A DNA stretch of 64,000 nt. Origin: Squalus acanthias (lineage: Eukaryota). The position numbers were made by a program, and so were the translations under genes. Of this stretch, positions 39,557-49,964 are shown in pieces (the stretch's first letter is position 1; the number at the start of each line of letters is the position of its first letter). Location of the stretch: contig CM059433.1 in assembly GCA_030390025.1 (NCBI GenBank), positions 13,208,001-13,272,000 of the forward strand, given 5' to 3'. The notes under the pieces are model-generated. The model made no database searches and had not been told where the DNA came from. It worked only from the letters and a program-made list of their open reading frames with translations.

Positions 39557-40315
39557 ACATAAGAAATAGGAGCAGGAGTAGGCCATTCGGCCCCTCGAGC
39601 CTGCTCCGCCATTCAATAAGATCATGGCTGATCTTCTACCTCGTCTCCACTTTCCTGCACTATCCCCATATCCCTCGAGTCCCTTAATATTCAAAAATCT
39701 ATCGATCTCTGTCTTGAATATATTCAACGACTGAGCCTCCACAGCCCTCGGGTAGAGAATTCCAAAGATTCACCACCCTCTGAGTGAAGAAATTTCTCCT
39801 CATCTCAGTCCTAAATGGCCGACACCTTATTCTGAGACTGTAACCCCTGGTTCTAGACTCCCCAGCCAGGGGAAACATCCTCCCTGCATCTGCCCTGCGT
39901 CAAGCTCTGTAAGAAGTTTGTATGTTTCAATGAGATCGCCTCTCATTCTTCTAAACCCCAGAGAATATAGGCCTAGTCTACTCAATCTCTCCTCATAGGA
40001 CAATCCCCCCCATCCCAGGAACCAGTCTGGTGAACCTTTGTTGCACTCCCTCTATGGCAAGTATATCCTTCCTTAGGTAAGCAGAACAAAACTGTACACA
40101 ATACTCCAGGTGTGGTCTCACCAGGGCCCTATATAATTGCAGTAAGATGTCTTTACTCTTGTACTCAAATCCTCTTGTAATAAAGGCCAACATATCATTT
40201 GCTTTCCTAATTGCTTGCTGTACCTGCATGTTAACTTTCAGTGATTCGTGTACAAGGACACCCAGGTCCCTCTGAACACCAACATTTCCCAATCTCTCAC
40301 CATTTAAAAAATACT
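39557..40315 (-). mobile_element. CR1/HER1-like LINE 3' fragment
   Basis: QRDLGVLVHESLKV...LYRALVRPHLEYCVQF. Confidence 0.9.
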
Positions 40316-40824
40316 CTACTAAAACACATTAATAAAGTAGCTTCTGTGAAGTTTGATTATTGAATATACTTTGCGGATTCCTAATGCTTCTGGTTGTTCT
40401 CTGTACCCAGTACACAAAGTTCAGATCATTTAATTGTTTTAAACCACAGATCTGAGTCAGTCAGTGTTTTCCATGGGTTCATCTCCAATGAATGCTTTTC
40501 GTCACCCACTCCTTTTAGTCGTTGTCTCGTCTTCCAGTTACTTACCACAGCTCACTGCTTGCATAGTGCAAACTGGAACCGAAAGCAATTGGCATGCTGC
40601 TGTAAACGGGGGCACTTTGGGCCAAGAGTGATCTGAGCACAACAGGCAGCTGGAAACCTGAAGCTGAAGAAAAAGCACACAGCGTTTTTTAAGCAAAAGC
40701 TGTTGAAACTAGCACAGTGCTTTTTCAATTAAAAAAGGCAACAACAGAAAAGCTGCCTTTTCCTCGTTCCCCATTTGGTTGGCTCTCGAGGCACATACTA
40801 AAATGAGGATTTGATGGTTATCTG

Positions 40825-41232
40825 GTTTAGAAGAATGAGAGGGGATCTCATTGAAACGTATAAAATTCTGACGGGGCTAGACAGACTGGATGCAGGGAGG
40901 ATGTTTCCCCTGGCTGCAGGGTCTAGAACGAGGGGTCACAGTCTCAGGATATGGGGTAGGACACTTAGGACTGAGATGAGGAGACATTTCTTCACTCAGA
41001 GGGTGGTGAACCTGTGGAATTCTCTACCACAGAAGGCTGTGGAGGCCAAGTCACTGAATATATTTAAGAAGGAGATAGATAGATTTCTAGACAGCAAAAG
41101 GCATCAAGGGGTATGGGGAGAGAGCGGGAATATGGTATTGAGATAGAGGATCAGCCATGATCATATTGAATGGCGGAGCAGGCTCAAAGGGCCGAATGGC
41201 CTACTCCTGCTCCTATTTTTCTATGTTTCTAT
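40825..41232 (+). mobile_element. CR1/HER1-like LINE 3' fragment
   Basis: FRRMRGDLIETYKILTGLDRLDAGRMFP; ttctatgt tail. Confidence 0.9.
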
Positions 41233-41479
41233 CTGTTTGCTTAGTTTGTTTTTAAAAGTACACTATCCATGTTCCTGATGCAGAAGACAGCAAATAAAAA
41301 GAGCTGCCTTTTAAATTCAAATGCTTCCATTTAAACTTTTCATATCTAGCACATTTGAAGAGATGCGTCAATGGTTATGTACCTTCAAAAGAGTAAACAG
41401 ACTTACAAGAGTGGCTTGGATTGAAAACAATTGACATGCATTATGAAATCTTCAGTTAAAATTTAAACTATGATAAACA

Positions 41480-42130
41480 GCAACTTATCTTTTATTTAGT
41501 ACCTTTAACGTAGGAAAACATCCAAAGTTGCTCCACAGAGAGACGAGGACTAAAAAGGGATGCCGAGCCAATGAAGGAGATATCAGGAGGGTTGTGTCCA
41601 TAAGCTTGACCAAAGAGGGGGGTTTTAAGGCGGGTCTGAAAGGTGGCTGAGGGGTTTCGAAAGGAAATTCCAGACCACAGAGCCTTGGTGGCTGAAGGCA
41701 CAGCGACCAATAATGGTGTTGAGAGCCAGGGTGATTCAAAAGAGGCTGGAGTCAGAGGAATCCTGCTCCTATTTCGTGTGTCCAATTCTGTTAGGTTCAG
41801 GAGATGGTTCTGTGAAAGTAGATTGGCGGTTAGGATCAGATCAGCCATGATCTTATTGAATGGCGGAGCAGGCTCGAGGGGCCAATTGGCCTACTCCTGC
41901 ACCTATTTCTTATGTTCTTATGAATGGAAAATGTAGCGGGCGGTGCAGTGTTCCAGAAAGTCGGAGATAGAGAGGAGTGAGCTGTGGAGGGATTTAAACA
42001 CCAGAAGTAGAATTTTAAATTTGAGGCATTGGGCGACTGAGAGCCAATCTATGTCATTGAAGACGGGGGTAATTGGGGAGCAGAACTTGGGTGCACGATA
42101 GTGTACAAGCAGCAGAGTTTTGTTGGACAG
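41480..42130 (-). mobile_element. Diverged L2-like fragment with a short + strand CR1 3' end (~41820-41922) inserted
   Basis: Similar to L2-like ends elsewhere; tcagccatgatcttattgaatggcggagc CR1 UTR. Confidence 0.55.
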
Positions 42131-42252
42131 CTTGATGGGATTTTTCTGTACAGGTGCCAGTGGATATTTGATTCCGCTTTCACGTAAAATTGGAATGTAT
42201 GCAGGAATAAGAAAACAAATTGTGATTTCAATTTACTTTTTTCTTTCAATAG

Positions 42253-43756
42253 GTTTTCGCTATAATGACCTTTTGTCTCCAAGGTTCCTGAACCTAGTTG
42301 CTAATCTGTCTGGCTGCACAGCCCACCGCCGGATCAATAACTGTTCCGACATATGCTTTCATCAGAAGTACCGTTCTCATGATGGAACATGCAACAATCT
42401 CCAGCACCCCATGTGGGGAGCTTCCCTGACGGCCTTTGAGCGCCTTCTAAAATCAGTCTATGAAAACGGGTTCAATCTGCCAAGAGGAGTCAATCGAAAT
42501 CGGTTTTACAATGGATTTCCTCTCCCTCTACCTCGCCTCATTTCAACCTCTCTAGTAGGCACTGAGACCATTACACCTGATGACCAGTACACACACATGT
42601 TGATGCAGTGGGGTCAGTTCCTTGACCATGATATAGACCTGACTGTTGCAGCACTCAGCCTTTCCAGATTTTCAGATGGTCAGCACTGCAGTTCCGTCTG
42701 CACAAACGATCCGCCCTGCTTTCCCATCTTGGTTCCTCAAAATGACCCCAGAGTGCGTAATGGGGCGCGGTGCATGTTCTTCGTACGCTCCAGCCCTGTC
42801 TGCGGAAGTGGGATGACATCTTTGTTAATGGAGTCTGTGTATCCACGGGAACAGATCAATCAGTTGACTTCTTATATCGATGCATCCAATGTCTATGGGA
42901 GCTCGGATCAAGAAGCTGAAGAAATACGGGACTTGGCTAGTCAACGAGGCCTGTTAAAGCAAGGGATAGCGCATCGATTAGGCAAACCCCTTTTACCATT
43001 TGCTACTGGTCCACCAACTGAATGTATGAGAGATGAAAATGAAAGTCCCATTCCTTGTTTCATGGCTGGAGATCAGCGTTCCAATGAACACATGGGTTTA
43101 ACTAGTATGCACACAGTCTGGTTCAGGGAACACAACCGAATTGCCACTGAGCTCCTAAAATTGAATCCACATTGGGATGGCGAGACAATCTACCATGAAG
43201 CACGTAGAATAGTTGGTGCCCAGATGCAGCACGTAACCTATAGCCACTGGCTGCCCAAAATCCTTGGTGATGTTGGAATGAAGATGCTTAGGGACTATAA
43301 AGGCTATGATCCCAACATTAACGCAGGAATAGTGAATGTATTTGCCACTGCAGCTTTTAGATTCGGGCACACGCTTATCAACCCTATTCTCTACCGCTTG
43401 GATGATGCATTTCAACCCATTCCTCAAGGCCACCTCCCTCTTCACAAAGCGTTCTTCTCCCCATTCAGGATAGTGAATGAGGGTGGCATTGACCCATTGC
43501 TGCGAGGTTTGTTTGCTGTACCGGGGAAGATGCGAGTCCCGACCGAACTGGTAAATACAGAACTAACTGAACGACTTTTCTCCATGGCGCACGCAGTGGC
43601 ACTGGATCTAGCTTCCATGAACATTCAGAGAGCTAGAGACCATGGAATACCTCCTTACAATGATTACAGAGTGTACTGCAATCTAACCTCGGCTCACGAT
43701 TTTGAAGACCTGAAAAATGAAATTAAGAATCCACGAATTCGGGAAAAGCTCAGGAA
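42253..43756 (+). CDS. PXDN: Peroxidasin large exon (1504 bp), core of the animal heme peroxidase domain
   Basis: caatag| acceptor, |gtaagt donor; motifs [41 protein letters not shown]. Confidence 0.98.
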
Positions 43757-43841
43757 GTAAGTGTGAGGTCATTTTGATAGCTTAAGAGTAATCAGTAGTG
43801 AAACTTGTGACTTGTAAAGACACACATTAGTGAAACATTAG

Positions 43842-44523
43842 GGCCCTGATATTAGGGGGACAGGGGGAGGCCCTGCTGATTTTAACGGCAGAACCTCATT
43901 TGCATCTTGTAGATCTGCCTGGCAGCCGGCCAGATGGACAACCTAGCAGGAGGGCTGGGGGGGGGGGGGGGGAAGGAGGCCCACGATCGGGAAGGCAGGT
44001 GGGAGGAGACCTAGGATCTGCAGGAGTGGGGTTGTGGGAGGGGGTTGCAGAGGGAGGGCTGGGGGAGGTCAAAGGATTCCTTGAGGGGCCTGGGGAGCAC
44101 TCCTGGCCCACAAGGAGTTCTAAGAGGCACTTGACACTCCTGTCAGCCGTGGACTCTAGGGGAATCGAGAGATATGGGGATCGGGCGGGAAAGTGGAGTT
44201 GAGGTCGAAGATCAGCCACGACCTTATTGAATGGCGGCGCAGGCTCGAAGGGCCGTATGGCCGACTCCTGCTCCTAATTCTTGCATTCTTATGTTACCTT
44301 GGCAGCTGGCAGCTTCCTCCTCCGTTTCACTGCAGAGTTTTCCGGCCCCCGGGAAACCCCATGCAACACCAGTTAATTTCAAATTGGGCTCCCAATTGTA
44401 CTGTAGGAGCCCGATTTTAAATATGTTAATAAGTCTCTTCATGGCGTGTTTGGGTCGGGTAACGCGGATTTCACATTTTTAACCCCCCCTCCCACCCGTC
44501 GTGGGGAGTTTAATATCGAGGCC
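43842..44523. mobile_element. Harbinger-type MITE family C with a nested CR1 3' end (~44150-44292)
   Basis: TIR GGCCCTGATATTA / TAATATCGAGGCC; TSD TAG. Confidence 0.8.
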
Positions 44524-44744
44524 TAGGATGCTAATGCATGGTTTAAGAAGGTCCATTTTTATTAATACTTGCTATTATCCTTCATTCCTAATGGATTAAA
44601 TTTATTGATCTGACGCAAAATGCTGAATGTAGAGTTTGTGTGTAATAAACCGGTGTACGTGTAGTACCTGTGACTGCTGCGCTGGATGGCCCAGTGACAA
44701 AATTGCTCCCCCGAGTTTTCATGTCACAAAGAACGTTTTGATTT

Positions 44745-45370
44745 TTCTCGAGATGTGGGCGTCAGTGGCAAGGCGGGCATTTACCGCCCGTCCCTAGTTG
44801 GCCTGGCAGACTGGCTTGCAAGGCTCAGGGGCGAGCCTTAAGAGGCGAACTTCAGTTAAGAATCGAAAATGCTGGAAATACTCAGCAGGCCAGGCAGCAT
44901 CTGTGGAGAGAGAAACAAGAGTTAACGTTTCAGGTCTGTGACCCTTCGTCAGAACTGGCAGAGCCATCCAGAGGCCTGGACTAAAAATCCAGAGTGCAAA
45001 TCCCAGTTCTGACGAAGGGTCATCGACCTGAAAGGTTAACTCTTGTTTCTCTCTCCACAGATGCTGCCTGACCTGCTGAGTGTTTCCAGCATTTTCTGTT
45101 TTTATTTCAGATTTCCAGCATCCGCAGTATTTTGCTTTTGTTTCAGGTAAGAATCGTTGGTGTGGGTCTGGAGTCACATATAGGCCAGGCCCGGTAAGGC
45201 CGGGAAGTTTCCTGCCTTAAGGGACGTCAGTGAACCAGTTGGGTTTTTACAATGATCCCACGGCGTCATGGTTACTTTTCTCAAACGGCCATGGAGGGAT
45301 TTGCACTGCTGGATTTTTAGTCCAAGCCTCTGGATTGCTCTGCCAGTAACGTAACCACTACACCACTGTA
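44745..45370 (-). mobile_element. tRNA-headed SINE whose tail matches the 10128-12378 LINE; hosts a Penelope mini-element
   Basis: Head tggtgtagtggttacgttactgg...aaatccc; tail matches the LINE 3' end (compare 8497-8550). Confidence 0.65.
44866..45141. mobile_element. Palindromic Penelope-derived mini-element: two inverted hammerhead arms around a ~50-bp spacer
   Basis: 15-bp TSD TTCAG(T/G)TAAGAATCG (44851-44865, 45142-45156); arms match the PLE end at 37086-37187. Confidence 0.88.
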
Positions 45371-45464
45371 AACCCCTAAAAATGAATTTACAGAGCTGGA
45401 TTAAAACTGAAATATTATTTTAGCTTGCAAAATGCACTTCCAATCAAAAGAGCAAGAAAATGTA

Positions 45465-45748
45465 CTTAAGAACAGAAGAAATAGGAGCAGGAGTCGGCCA
45501 TTCAGCCCCTTGAGCCTGCTCCGCCATTCAATAAGATCATGGCTGATCTTCTACCTCATCTCCACTTTCCTGCACTATCCCCATATCCCTTGATTCCCTT
45601 AATATTCAAAAATCTATCGATCTCTGTCTTGAATATACTCAACGACTGAGCCTCCACAGCCCTCTGGGGTAGAGAATTCCAAAGATTCACCACCCTCTGA
45701 GTGAAGAAATTTCACCTCATCTCAGTCCTAAATGGCCGACTCCTTATT
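45465..45748 (-). mobile_element. CR1/HER1-like LINE 3' fragment
   Basis: Near identical to 39560-39830. Confidence 0.9.
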
Positions 45749-45755
45749 TGTAGAT

Positions 45756-45985
45756 ACAAAAAGAAAATACTGCAGATGCTGGAAATCTGAAATAAAAACA
45801 GAAAATGCTGGAAATACTCAGCAGGTCAGGCAGCACCTGTGAAGAGAGAAACAAGAGTTAACCTTTCAGGTCGATGACCTTTCGTCAGAACCTCAGTAGG
45901 TCATCGACCTGAAACGTTAACTCTGTTTCTCTCTTCACAGATGCTGCCTGACCTGCTGAGTATCTCCAGCATTTTCGGTTTTTAT
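45756..45985. mobile_element. Palindromic Penelope-derived mini-element
   Basis: Perfect 15-bp TSD TCCTTATTTGTAGAT (45741-45755, 45986-46000); inverted arms with a ~6-nt spacer. Confidence 0.88.
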
Positions 45986-45995
45986 TCCTTATTTG

Positions 45996-46113
45996 TAGAT
46001 GTTTGAAACCTGAAACAAAACCAGAAAATGTTGAAAACCCTAGCATATCAGTCACCATCTGTGGAGAGAACAGATGAGTTAATGTTTCAGGTGTAGAGCC
46101 TTTGTCAAAACTG
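45996..46113 (-). mobile_element. Old diverged copy of the Penelope terminal repeat, just upstream of the acceptor at 46141
   Basis: gatgtttgaaacctgaaacaaaaccagaaaatgttg...gagttaatgtttcagg aligns to the young arms. Confidence 0.6.
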
Positions 46114-46141
46114 TGTGAAATGTTTCTCTTCTCCCTTACAG

Positions 46142-46276
46142 CTTGTATGGTACACCCTTGAACATAGACCTATTCCCTGCATTAATGGTGGAGGACTTGA
46201 TTCCTGGAACCAGATTGGGACCTACACTTTTGTGCTTGTTGGCTACCCAGTTTAAACGTCTTCGAGATGGTGATAG
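46142..46276 (+). CDS. PXDN: Peroxidasin exon (135 bp), [45 protein letters not shown] (not in ORF track)
   Basis: ttacag| acceptor, |gtaagc donor; LRDGDR motif. Confidence 0.96.
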
Positions 46277-46689
46277 GTAAGCAGCAGCCAGCGTAATGTT
46301 GGTTGGCTTTCATTATTTCAACCAGTCCTTCATTTTCATGCTTACAAGCTCTAATTCAGTGGTGTACAACATCGGCCACCGAATCACTGTCCCCGAGGGC
46401 GATTCTGTTCCAGACCACTCGTGATTCAGCTTCCTGATGACCCAGTGGTTCAAGGTGGCCTGGTGTACTACTAAGCCGTACAGACCAGAAGATCCCAGCT
46501 TTAACAGCTGGTCTGTGCTGGGACAGCAGTTGGGCTACTACAATTGGCCTCAGTACCCTGATGTAGAAAGGGGAAAAATCAGCTTGGATTCCCAGTCCTG
46601 ATCTGTATCCAGTGACTCGTGCTGGGTTGAGTATGTGTGTGAAAGAAAGGCTTGTACTTGGATAAAGCCTTATCACATTTCTCTTCAGT

Positions 46690-47075
46690 GGCCCCAACAG
46701 GCTTCCTAGAAAGCGAATCACCTTTGAAGTGGAGTTACTCTTACTATGTAGGCAAGGTATTTTACGCACACCAAGGTCCCAGAAGCAAGATGAATGACTA
46801 ATTGGTGGTTTTGGTTGAGGAAGGAATGTTGGCTGGGTCACGGGAATATTATTATTATTTGAAAAGTGCTATGGGATCTTTAATGTCCACCGGAACCAGC
46901 GAAAGAAGATGAGACCGTAGTTTAACACCTTATCTGATGGATTGCACTTCCAACAATGCAGTACTCTCTCGGTACTGCACTGCAGTATTGATTCAGTGCT
47001 CGAGTTCCAGAGTGGGGCCACGACCCATGACTTTCTCACTCAAGGTGAAAATGCTTGCAGTTGAGCCAAGCTGAT
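46690..47075 (-). mobile_element. SacSINE1-like SINE, highly diverged
   Basis: Residual homology to other copies. Confidence 0.55.
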
Positions 47076-47399
47076 GCATGTAAATATGCATCCCCTATGT
47101 TGGAGGAGAACAGAATTGGACTGAGCTGTGGTCCCCTCTATGGTCACATAGCCTCCCAACACTCACTGTCTAGGCTCACACATGAAGGACGAACACCTGG
47201 GCAAGGTACGAGAGAGATGCCAGAGTCCATGGACCTGAACCGCAACAAGAGCTAATTCCTCCAGAAGAAGGGGTGATGGAAAAAATTGGGAAGTGAGGTA
47301 TTTCAATACCTTCATTCTGCCAGTGCATTTCACACTTCATTTCGCCTCAACCTGTCACATCAACACCTCCTCTTGCCTTGATTATCTCTTAATGTCTCT

Positions 47400-47627
47400 C
47401 AATGTCTCTTAATCTCTCCTTTTGTTCTTTCATCCCCTCCCCCTTTTCCCAGCTTTATACTTGCTTTAAATCTATTTCATTTCCTGCTTTTTTCCAGTTC
47501 TGACGAAAGGTCTTCGACCTGAAACGTTAACTCTGTTTCTCTCTCCACGGATGCTGCCTGGCCTGCTGAGTTTTTCCAGCGTTTTCTGTTGTTATTTCGG
47601 ATTTCCAACATCCGCAGTATTTTGCTA
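47400..47627 (+). mobile_element. Penelope 3' terminal fragment
   Basis: Matches 36975-37187 plus the tail atttccaacatccgcagtattttgc. Confidence 0.8.
47496..47532 (+). ncRNA. Minimal type-I hammerhead ribozyme motif
   Basis: AGTT-CTGACGA-A-AGGTC(ttc)GACCT-GAA-ACGT-T-AACT. Confidence 0.75.
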
Positions 47628-48228
47628 TCGTGTTAATAATATTTTGTGTTGTGTTCTATATGCATCTTGTCATTATTTTTATTCCCACTTAATATTACTT
47701 CCATTCAACATGTGCATGGGTTGGTTGTCCGGCCACTCATGGGTAAAAACAAATTGCAGGTATGGCAGTAGCTTGAGGTGACTGCTGAGGTGAAAATGGT
47801 TCCTCTTCCCCACCCAGCCCTTTGTAAGGTTACCTTTGGAGTTTGCTTTACACTTTGAGTTTGGTTGAATTAATCTTCTTCACGTTTAATAGAGATGGGT
47901 TTCAGATGCTTTGACTCAAGGTGACTGCAAGTGAAAGTCCACTGACGCCAAAATTCTAATCCATACCTTTATTCCCTTGAGACTTGACTTCCCCTGTGCC
48001 CTCCTTGCAGGCCTTCCTGCCTCCACCTCTTTCAAACTACAACTTATTCAGAATGCCAAGGCATGTAATTTCACCTCTACAAAGTCCCATACTTCAATCA
48101 CCCTCACTCTTTCCAGGTTCTAGTGGTGCACTCTACCCCAGTAAATTGATCTTTAAGATCCCCGTCTTCACTTTCAAATCCCTCCATGGCCTCACTCCAT
48201 CTCATGAAGCTGTACAAGAAACTTAACT

Positions 48229-48745
48229 GAGCAGGTCAGAGGCTGGGCATTCTGCGGCAAGTGACTCACCTCCTGACTCTTTCCCAAAGCCTATCCACCA
48301 TCAACAAGGCACAAGTCAGGAGTGTGATGGACTACTCTCCACTTACCTGGATGAGTGCAGTTCCAACAGCACTCAAGAAGCTCGGCACCATCCAGGACAA
48401 AGCAGCCATCTTGATTGGTACCCCATCCACCACCTCAAACATTCACTCCCTCCACTGTGTCCCATCTAATAAGATGCACTGCAGCAACTCACCAAGGCTT
48501 CTTCGGCAGCACCTCCCAAACCAGTGACCTCTACCACCTAGAAGGATAAGGGGAGCAGGCACATGGGAACACCACCACCTCCAAGTTCCCCTCCAAGTCA
48601 CACACCATCCTGACTTGGAAATATATCACTGTTCCTTCATTGTCGCTGGGTCAAAATCCTGGAACTCCCTCCCTAACAGCACTGTGGGAGTACCTTCACC
48701 ACACGGACTGCAGCGGTTCAAGAAGGCGGCTCACCACCACCTTCT
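48229..48745 (+). mobile_element. 3' fragment of the LINE family seen at 10128-12378
   Basis: KAQVRSVMDYSPLTWMSA; IVAGSKSWNSLP. Confidence 0.85.
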
Positions 48746-49233
48746 CTCCCACAACTTTCTGTTTCTCTGCTTAATGATTACACAAAGTGTTCTGAGATGT
48801 TTTCTGTACACAAGGAGTACTATAGAAATATAAGTTGTACCTGAACATACATGTATATGAATAAGACATTAGTCAGATTATTTTGCAATTACCTGGTGCA
48901 CCAGGGTGTGTGAACACTGCACATAAATGTATTAAAATACCATTTCTGAATATTTTATATTTATTGCATTTTTACGGGATGTTTTTTGACAAAGGGGAGC
49001 CGATACTAAATATAAAATACAGTGGATTCCAGTTTTTTTCAGTTTGAAATTTTGCCAATCCAATTGGTGACAATAAATCAAAAGAAACAAATCTGGATTT
49101 GTTGAAAAGAACTGGGATTTTGGAGTTAAGCATAAGAGACATCCAGAGGCATCTGTAATGAAACAATGAACTGAAGTAGCTTTGAAGAACCTTGATAGAC
49201 TTAAAATTATTCTTTTTTCCTCTGGTCAAACAG

Positions 49234-49442
49234 GTTCTGGTATGAGAATCCCGGGGTGTTCACTCCAGCCCAGCTGACTCAGATCAAGCAGACGTCCCTT
49301 TCCCGTGTCCTATGTGACAACGGAGACAACATCACCAGGATACAGCCTGATGTGTTCAGAGTGGCAGAATATCCTCATGGTTATCAGAGCTGTGCTGACA
49401 TGTCAAAAATGGACTTGCGGATGTGGCAAGATTGCTGTGAAG
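49234..49442 (+). CDS. PXDN: Peroxidasin exon (209 bp), [31 protein letters not shown]...[10 protein letters not shown]
   Basis: aaacag| acceptor, |gtttgt donor. Confidence 0.96.
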
Positions 49443-49795
49443 GTTTGTAATTGTATAATGGGTGAGGTTTGAGTGATGGGTGGACACTTGAACATTTTGA
49501 AGTTAATTTGGTGCTATATTATGCTGTTTATAAGGAATATATGGAATGTGAAATAATTATTTGCATCTGTTATAAAGGCTGTTTAGCTGCAGGCATATTT
49601 TGAAACAATGGTGTGAAGTTCGAGGACTATTTTGAATGTTGTGTTGTGGAGGGTTCTGCATTCTTTACAATTCATTCTGCCCTCTACACTTCCCAAAATA
49701 CCCAGTTCAGTGGTGAGGGTCTTTTTTGTTATCAGATGCCAGGAATGGGAGTTTATTTTTTTTATTAACATTCAAATGTGAATTCAAGTCTTTTA

Positions 49796-49964
49796 CAAAA
49801 GCAAAATACTTGCGGATGCTGGAAATCTGAAATAAAAACAGAAAATGCTGGAAACACTCAGCTTGCCAGGCAGCATCCGTGGAGAGAGAAACAGAGTTCA
49901 CGTTTCGGGTCGATGACTCTTCGTCAAGAGTTCTGACGAAGGGTCAACGACCTGAAACGTTGGC
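49796..49964. mobile_element. Palindromic Penelope-derived mini-element (full minus arm plus a ribozyme-only plus arm)
   Basis: 12-bp TSD TCAAGTCTTTTA (49784-49795, 49965-49976). Confidence 0.85.

Larger units (their letters stand above)
1998..49442 (+). other. PXDN: Peroxidasin gene, internal portion (11 exons, equivalent to human PXDN exons ~9-19); 5' LRR and 3' VWC exons not found in window
   Basis: Eleven AG/GT-bounded exons with compatible phases splice into an open ~1034-codon frame: Ig domains, linker, then heme peroxidase domain ending WQDCCE. Paralog identity (PXDN vs PXDNL) is not fully resolvable without phylogeny or synteny. Confidence 0.9.

Noticed and set aside
42120..42252. 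N-terminal extension of the 546-aa ORF as a standalone peroxidase start
   Set aside because: Intronic; the start is a non-ATG codon, and a proper acceptor at 42252 joins the upstream exon in phase.
43625..43645. QRARDHG instead of QRGRDHG as a sign of inactivation
   Set aside because: This position tolerates small residues (MPO has Ser, from memory) and all catalytic residues are intact.
44866..45141. CRISPR-like repeat-spacer array
   Set aside because: The repeats are inverted retroelement ends with single spacers in a vertebrate intron; there are no cas genes and no direct-repeat array.
45892..45897. 6-nt spacer ctcagt as another locally captured sequence (also at 45721)
   Set aside because: Too short to distinguish from chance.
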